DNA from: Podarcis gaigeae
Taxonomy: Eukaryota
Reading direction: 5' to 3' (one strand)
Assembly: GCA_964106915.2 (NCBI GenBank)
Contig: OZ066921.1
DNA length: 64,000 nucleotides
The notes under the pieces are model-generated. The model had not been told where the DNA came from. It searched no databases and saw nothing but the letters and a program-made list of their open reading frames with translations. Shown one piece after another: positions 56,722 to 64,000 of this stretch. The position numbers and the translations under genes were made by a program. Each line of letters starts with the position of its first letter. Position 1 is the stretch's first letter.

Positions 56722-57900
56722 ATGGTGAGGATCCGAATATCCAGCACTACAGTTGCAATCTTCCTTGTGATTCAGACAGGATTTCTACTGTTTTTGTGTG
56801 TTCAGCATGGTGGCTTTATGTCTCAGTCTGAAGAGAAACCACCCCAGGTGCACATTCTCATCCTCTCCTCCTGGAGGTCAGGGTCTTCTTTCGTCGGGCA
56901 GCTCTTCAGCCAACACCCTGATGTCTTCTACTTGATGGAGCCAGCCTGGCACGTGTGGGTAACCATGTACCAAAACAGTGCCAAGGTCTTGCACATGGCA
57001 GTGCGGGACCTCATCCGGTCAGTCTTCAAGTGTGACATGTCGGTCTTCGATGCCTACCTGCCATGGAAGAGAAATGTGTCAGATCTTTTCCAGTGGGCAG
57101 TGAGTCGTGCCCTGTGCACAGATCCTGTCTGTGAATTGTTCCACCGCACTGATATCACCAGCGAAAGTGCCTGCAAGGCTGTCTGTGGGAAGTCCCCCTT
57201 CAGCAAAGTGGAAGAGGCCTGCAAGAGCTATAGCCACGTTGTCCTGAAGGAAGTCCGGATCTTTGACCTCAAGGTGCTTTATCCTCTCCTCACTGACCCC
57301 TCCCTGAACCTCAAAGTCATCCACCTCGTCCGTGACCCCAGAGCTGTTGTGAAATCCCGGGAGCAATCAGCAAAAGCTCTTGCCCGTGACAATGGGATTG
57401 TCTTGAGCATGAATGGCACAAAAGTGGAAGATGGCCAGTACAAAGTCCTGCAGGAGATCTGTAGAAGCCACGTTCAGATTTATGAAACAGCAACCCTGAA
57501 ACCTCCAAGTTTTCTGAAAGATCGTTACTTGATGATCCGGTTTGAAGATCTTGTACGAGATCCTTTAGTGGAAATTACAGCAATGTATAAATTTTCAGGT
57601 CTTCAGCTGACCAGCAAACTTGAAAACTGGATCTATAATATCACCCATGGACAAGGGCCAAGTAGGAAGAGGGAGGCCTTCCAAATCACTTCCCGAGATG
57701 CAGTCAATGTCTCCCAGGCATGGAGGACTGTTCTTTCGTTTCAGAAAGTCAAGCAAGTGCAAGAGGTTTGCAAGGGTGCCTTAAATATACTCGGGTACCA
57801 ACTTGTAGATTCTGAGAAAGAACAGAAAGATCTGTCATTCGATTTAGTGTTGCCACATCGAAAAAGTCAATTCAGCTGGGCATCCTTTAGTGAAAATTAG
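56722..57900 (+). CDS. CHST6: Carbohydrate sulfotransferase 6 (corneal GlcNAc-6-O-sulfotransferase; CHST5/6 orthologue), 392 aa
   Basis: ATG at 56722, TM segment, [49 protein letters not shown] and C-terminal DLVLP....FSWAS. Lies directly downstream of TMEM231. Confidence 0.93.
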   Translation: MVRIRISSTTVAIFLVIQTGFLLFLCVQHGGFMSQSEEKPPQVHILILSSWRSGSSFVGQLFSQHPDVFYLMEPAWHVWVTMYQNSAKVLHMAVRDLIRSVFKCDMSVFDAYLPWKRNVSDLFQWAVSRALCTDPVCELFHRTDITSESACKAVCGKSPFSKVEEACKSYSHVVLKEVRIFDLKVLYPLLTDPSLNLKVIHLVRDPRAVVKSREQSAKALARDNGIVLSMNGTKVEDGQYKVLQEICRSHVQIYETATLKPPSFLKDRYLMIRFEDLVRDPLVEITAMYKFSGLQLTSKLENWIYNITHGQGPSRKREAFQITSRDAVNVSQAWRTVLSFQKVKQVQEVCKGALNILGYQLVDSEKEQKDLSFDLVLPHRKSQFSWASFSEN

Positions 57901-59864
57901 GGGAAGTATGACTATCTGTAATCTCTTCTTCGTTGCCCAGGTAACTGGAAAATATTTATTTTGATTGCTGAATTCTGTGTTTCTAGTTATCATCCTTTTT
58001 GCCATTTACATAAACTAGAGCAAATGGAATAAAGGGGTGATATGTAGTTTGCAGAAATATATCCTATTGGATCAGTCATTGTACCACACTGTCCTGCTAT
58101 ATTTGTAGGTATCAGGAATGCCGTTTTTTTATTTAATAACAATGTAGAACTTCCAGAAACTGCATTATATTTGACATAACTCTTCAATAGAAAATACTTT
58201 TCCTTTGCTTCTGAGAAAAGGGCAAGAAAGTAACTATGATATTCTGGGTTCTGCATTATTTTTTAAACAAAATATGTTCACATGCTGGGCTGTCAAATTA
58301 CTGATAAATGAGCTTTGGTCTTCTTTGCTCATGTTAGCTAACCCTCTGAATGGCCACCTTGTTTAGGGTGGAGGAGTTGAAAGAAAGCCCAATGTTGCTG
58401 TTCAAATGAACCATTTGGCTGCTGTCTGCTCTGGTGACAGACAATGGGCTGGTCCCTAAAATCATTATATATGTGTTATATATACGTGTGGGAGAAGTCT
58501 CTGTATGCAGTACTGAATGCCCACTTCTAATGAAGGCCATCACTGAACATGTAATCTTTTGTGCTTCATAGCTGCTAAAAAAATAGTGGGGAGAAAAGAA
58601 GGATTCTGCTAGAGATACACAGAAGAAACTTGGGGCTTATTCTCTTCTTTCTCTTCAAAATTAAAATACTGCCATTGGATTGGACAGATGACTATGCAAA
58701 GACTATGCAAACTGGACAGATGACTATGCAAATATTGTTCAGTGCTTCTTAATGTGGCTGCCATATGCAGGTACTTTGGAATATTTCTCCAGAGGCACTT
58801 GCTGGTTGCTTTCTTTCTAACTTTGGCTGGGGTCCTAGCATCTGTTTGTAATGTCATTGAGCTGACCATGGGCCTCAGATATTTCCCCAGAAGGAGGGAA
58901 CCTGCACCTATGGGAGATTTCCTTCCCCGTGAATGGAGTTCCTCGGCCAAAGGCACACTTCACTGTGCAGAGCCTGTACTGTTAATCCAGAATCCAAATT
59001 GCAGAGATGTGGGAATGGGTCCCGCCATGCAGGATCCAGAAGTGGATGGGGGGAAGAGCAGTGGATAGTTTCTCAAAAGTGGAGTGCTGGGAATCAGTTG
59101 TGCCTCTGGAAGCCCCCGCTCCCCACAGTAAGTCATGATTTGGAAGGTGTACAGCTGAACCACAGGCTGGGATGGGGGTTGGGGGTGTGTGGGGAAGGTT
59201 GTGTTGGGAGGGGAAGTAATCTTTTCCCCTCACACATTTATTCTGCCATTAGAATGGTCTCTGGGGCTCCCTTCCAGTTCAGGTTTGTGTTGGGGCTGAA
59301 TCCCACTGCTTTGTACCTTTGTATCTTAATAAAAGTGCTATTTCCATAAGTCTGTGGTGAATTCTCACTTAGAGAACCATTTGCTAATCAGGTTTCCATG
59401 AGGAAGGCCAAGTGGATGTGACCAAGATGTGACCCCCCCACTTAAATTGGGGTGGGTGGGTTCCAGACTGAATGGAAGGGGGATGCTTCTCAACTCATAG
59501 ATACTGCAGAAATAAATGATTAACACTCTGGTAATATTTGAATGTGGGACATCCAACACAATCTATAGCAGGTTCAGAAGACACGGGAAATTCCATCACA
59601 CACTAATCAATTCGCCTGTGGAATTGTTTGCCACTGAATGTTGTATATATAAATTCAATAAATGATGATGATGATGATGACGACGATCATTTCTGGCTCC
59701 AAGAGAATTAAATTGGTCTTTTTATGGCCTCAATAGACAAGGCATTGCAAAATGCAGCCAGGAATATCACATGCTGCTCTCAGGGTTGTGCTTTTTCTAC
59801 ATCTCTGAGTGATCTATAAAGAAAAGCTGCTTCAAATGACAGTGTTGGGGGACACCTTAAAGCA

Positions 59865-60005
59865 TGGCTAGCTGTGCTGTGGATCTTCAGATGTTGTTGG
59901 TCTACAACTCCCAGAGTTCCTGATTGCTGGAATGGCCATGCTGGCTGCCTGAAGCAGACAGGATTTGAGAATCTCAACAACATCTGGAGGGTCACTGGTC
60001 AGCTA
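59865..60005. mobile_element. Short hAT-derived MITE of a common lizard family (related copies near 38911, 43915 and 56175)
   Basis: cagatgttgttgg.ctacaactccca ... caacaacatctggagg palindromic core, shared with the other copies. Confidence 0.6.
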
Positions 60006-62314
60006 CTTCTGCTTTAAAGAGTAATAAAAAACATTTCAGTTTCACCTTTCCTAGATTAAACCTCATGAGAAGGTCTTGCCTGTGGAAGCAAGTTCATGCT
60101 ACAGAACAATATATTCATTAGAAGAGGATGGGGCAGCTGGGTTAGCTGAGGCTTTGCCTTCCTGCCTGCCCACCTGAGCATCTGGGCTTTGGCAGGAGCA
60201 GGGGGAAGGAGACTCACTGCGGCCACCACTTGGATAGCATCTGGGACAGGAAATCTGGGAAACTTGGAGGAATGCTGTCTTTGTGCAGTCAAGGGGTTAA
60301 GGTTGCAGAGATTTATTTATATTTATTCCTTTATTTAATTTGTATCTTGCACATCCTGCCAAAGGAGCCCAGTCCTGTGGGGAACAGCTGTGCCATTGCT
60401 GTGGTGGCTGGCTGCTTCTTCTCTCCCATTAATCTTTGAGTCCTGCAGGTGGGTGTGCTCCCCTTGTTTGTGACAGCTCCATCCAGCACTTTGGGCAGGT
60501 CCTCCAAGGGTATGTGGGACACTGGTCCAGGACAATGAGCTTGTGAGCTGTCCATGGTGTTGACAGTCCTGCTCTCTTCTCTGTGCATACAGGCATGCTG
60601 CTCCTCTGCAGATCAGCAGCCACCATAGATTTGGTGCTTACCCTCCCAACAGCTGCCTCTCTCAGTGCCATCTCCACCATGTCACAGGTACCCCTCCATA
60701 GGATACTGAAGTGCCACAACTCCAACCTGCAGCACACCCCCAACTGGTGCCCCAAGGCCACCTTCAAAGCTGGGCCTTGGAATAATGGAAGAGAATCAGG
60801 AGGAGCTGCCACCTCCAGTGTGTGTGAAAGTCTTGGGGGAAGGGAGTTTCCACCCCTAGCAATTTTGGCGGTCGACCCAGCCTAGTTGCTGAGGATGACA
60901 GGGTGAGTGATGCTGCTACCCTGTTAGAGACACAGACTGAGTCCTTGGCAGGTAGTGTTGGCAAGGAGGAGAAGGGGATTGGTGGTGGTGGGAGCCTTAT
61001 GGCGGAAACTCTGGTGCTAGTGTATCATGCACTTGTAGTGAAGAATGTGGGTGTCTTGGTTGTGGAGGTCATTGTCCAGCTGTCCACATGTGCACGTCCT
61101 GCAGCCAGAGCTGTCGCTGAGGTCTTGTTGCTTTGTGGCAACTGTGGAGTGTAGGAGGCTGGTTGGTGCATGTGGCCAGAGGTGGCAGTTGCTTCACCAC
61201 ACTCCAGGTGGGTAGTGGAGATCTGGTGGTGCAGGTTTGCACACTCAGTGCTGTGGCACCACGTCCACAGGCACTGAGAGACTCTTTGCTGCCTCCTTGG
61301 GCTGGAGCAATCAGATCCTGCATGTGGTAAGAAATGTGGGTTCTCCATCACAGATGGAGCAGGTGAACTCTCCCTGCTTCTCTATAAGCTGGCGCAAGTG
61401 GCTGGTGATCACAGTGGCCTGGCTGGCATGTCTGCCTGTGTGGATCTCCCTGGCTATGCAGTCTTCTTGCAAGGTGCCACTGGTGCACTTGGTCTTTGCA
61501 CCAGCAGCAGGTCTGATCTGGCTTGCATTTCTGCCCCCAGCTCTCTTTGCTCATGCAGCCCCACCTGCCTGCCAAGCCCTTGAGGTTTGACTGTTCCTTG
61601 TCATGTCTGGACCACTGATCTATGGGGTGCCCTCTGGGGGGTTGGTGGGGAGCGAGGATTGCAGAAATCTTTGCTACTATGAACTCCTTTTCTCCTTTGG
61701 TATGTTGCTTGTTTCTTTCATGTCAATAAGGAGCAGTTTTTTGCACTGTGCTCTCTGGTTCCATGGTATCATTGGTGTGTGATGGGGCTGTAGGCATTTT
61801 TGTGTGTTGGGACAGTGATGATCCACCTGTGGTTGAGATGCCACAAGTTGCTGCTAAGTATAGTTGCTTATGGGGTGTGGGGAGCTATGCAGCATGTGTT
61901 TTGGTTACTAATAGGTCATGTGTGTGGTGCTCAGTGTAGCAGTGCATTCTGGGACCTAAGTCTGGATTGGCTTTTCTGGGTGAGATTGCTATGGACATGA
62001 CAGCCATTGGGACATGCCTACACTCCTGCTGCTGACTGTTTCCCCTTTCCTAGCACAGGCCCCTCTCAGCAGATTATTACAGGATAAATGGTGATGCTAC
62101 CTTGCAGGGCTGTGCTATATGTACATGCTGAACTTAAATTGTTCATTGCCTCTTAAATTCAGAAAGGGTTAGGATGTCTGCTTGTCTGTTTGGGGGTTTC
62201 CCCCTGCCTCGCCCTTCCAACACAGGCACACTTCCCTCAGAATAAAACAGAATAAAATGAACTCTATTAGACTAATAGAGTTAAAGAGTCGCCAATATAA
62301 TATAGACTATAGCT

Positions 62315-62445
62315 TAAGGTTACCAGATTTTTTCCAATGCTTCCAGGGACACTTTTCAACTTCAATAGGATGATAGGATTTGTCAGAGGACTGATTTGTA
62401 AATCCGGGGACTGTCCCCAGGAAACGGGGATGTCTGGTACCCTTA
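62315..62445. mobile_element. hAT MITE, 131 bp
   Basis: TIR taaggttaccaga / tctggtaccctta. 8-bp TSD ctatagct at 62307-62314 and 62446-62453. Confidence 0.9.
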
Positions 62446-62691
62446 CTATAGCTCCCAGTATCCTTTGCCTTTATCCCTGTTGGCTGGGGTCTCTGGGAAT
62501 TGCAGTTCGCCTCTTTCTCTGTTGTGTATTAAAACTTAGTCAGTAAAGTCCTTAAATAGTACTTTTCTGTCACCTGGTGACAAAAAAGTATAACTGCAGC
62601 CTCTTTCTGCCCACTGCAAGCATAGTGTGGTAAACTGGTCTAACTGTAGCCTGTTTCTATCAACTCTGCTGCCATCTGGTGGCAGAATAGT

Positions 62692-63046
62692 GTAAAGGTA
62701 AAGGTACCCCTGCCCGTACGCGCCAGTCGTGTCCGACTCTAGGGTTGTGCGCCCATCTCACTTAAGAGGCCGGGGGCCAGCGCTGTCCGCAGACATTTCT
62801 GGGTCACATGGCCAGCGTGACGAAGCTGCTCTGGCGAGCCAGCACCAGCGCAGCACACGGAAACGCCGTTTACCTTCCCGCTATAAAGCTGTACCTATTT
62901 ATCTACTTGCACTTAGGGGTGCTTTCGAACTGCTAGGTGGGCAGGAGCTGGGACCGAAAGACGGGAGCTCACCCCGCCGCGGGGATTCGAACCGCCGACC
63001 ATGCAATCGGCAAGTCCTAGGCACTGAGGACCCACAGCGCCACCCA
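62692..63046 (-). mobile_element. Sauria SINE (subtype B)
   Basis: Same subtype as 490-844. 9-bp TSD cagaatagt at 62683-62691 and 63047-63055. Confidence 0.92.
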
Positions 63047-63357
63047 CAGAATAGTATAGCTGCAGCATATTCCAACTCACTGGTGGCATGAGATGTTGGA
63101 GTTATCTATCTAAAACAAATTTACAAACATATGAAGTATGACTAAACAGGATGTCAAAATTGAATAAACAAAATATAAATATCAAAGTAAACAAAAAATA
63201 TAAATCTGCCTCTCTTCAATTGACACACGCATAGACACTCTCACACGCTCACTCTCTTGCTACCTCCTAACACCTTAGGGCAGCATGACTGGTTCCACTG
63301 CACTGGGCCCAAACCTTTTAATACAGTAGAAAACTTATACCTCCCAAATTCAGAAAT

Positions 63358-63511
63358 GCCTATAGCACAGTATTAGACAATATGCTTTGCATGCAGAAGG
63401 TCCCAGGTTCAATGCTCAGCATCTCCAGGTAGAGCAAATGCCAGTCAATGCAGACAGCGCAAAACTAGATGGACCAATAGTCTGAGTAAAAGGCATATCC
63501 CTGTGTTCCTC
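63358..63511 (+). mobile_element. Squam3-like SINE with internal deletion
   Basis: tgctttgcatgcagaaggtcccaggttcaat..gcatctccaggtag..ctagatggaccaat..tgttcct. Confidence 0.75.
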
Positions 63512-64000
63512 TATTCCTGAAGATGCCTGGCTTTTGCTTTTGCTTTAAACCTGAACTTTTTGTTTTGCACCAAGTTTGACTGAATAAATTCTAGAAGAAT
63601 ATTCAGTACCTGACGAGGACATGAGGAGGACAGCATTGTGGACTATAATTTCATATACAATTGTGTAAATGAGGGGCAAATATTGCTAACATCCCTCAGG
63701 CAGTGAAACCTCTCTGCGCTCACATTGAGGACTATGTCAGTGAGGCCTTAAAGTTCTCTCTCAGGACCATTATCCTGCCTTCCCTTATCTCACAGATATC
63801 TTTCTGCAATATGGTATGCAGAGCATCCTCAAGGTGCTGGATAATTTATCATTACCGCTGATAGGAGTATTTCAGGAACAGAAAGGGAACATTCACTGCT
63901 GGTGAGGTGACTCCTCATCTGAGCAGTCTTTCTCATCTCTTTGATGGTGACCCTTTTTGTGAACTGAAAGGAGAGAACTCTTCTCTGGTGAGCATAGGTG

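Overview
Eukaryotic DNA from a squamate reptile. The Sauria SINE, Squam3-like SINE, BovB, L2 and CR1 content suggests a lacertid lizard such as Podarcis (inference). The window holds the conserved cluster CHST4-like(+), TERF2IP(-), KARS1(+), ADAT1(+), GABARAPL2(-), TMEM231(+) and CHST6(+). All exon structures were reconstructed by hand with consistent splice phases. TERF2IP/KARS1 and GABARAPL2/TMEM231 share bidirectional CpG-island promoters. The rest is transposon-rich intergenic and intronic DNA. No prokaryotic-type system is present. Most notable observations: (1) the two GlcNAc-6-O-sulfotransferase genes about 48.8 kb apart share a 90-94% identical catalytic core but have divergent ends, which points to ectopic gene conversion producing a chimeric CHST4; (2) KARS1 carries Ala at the position of the human Ser207 signalling phosphosite and lacks the Thr52 site; (3) the mitochondrial KARS1 presequence is fused to exon 1 rather than being a cassette exon; (4) TMEM231 has a U12 AT-AC intron; (5) two RFX X-boxes lie in the GABARAPL2/TMEM231 promoter; (6) Penelope-like hammerhead remnants and a TTAGGG-bearing MITE are present. 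Comparisons with human proteins and repeat consensuses are from memory, not from a search.
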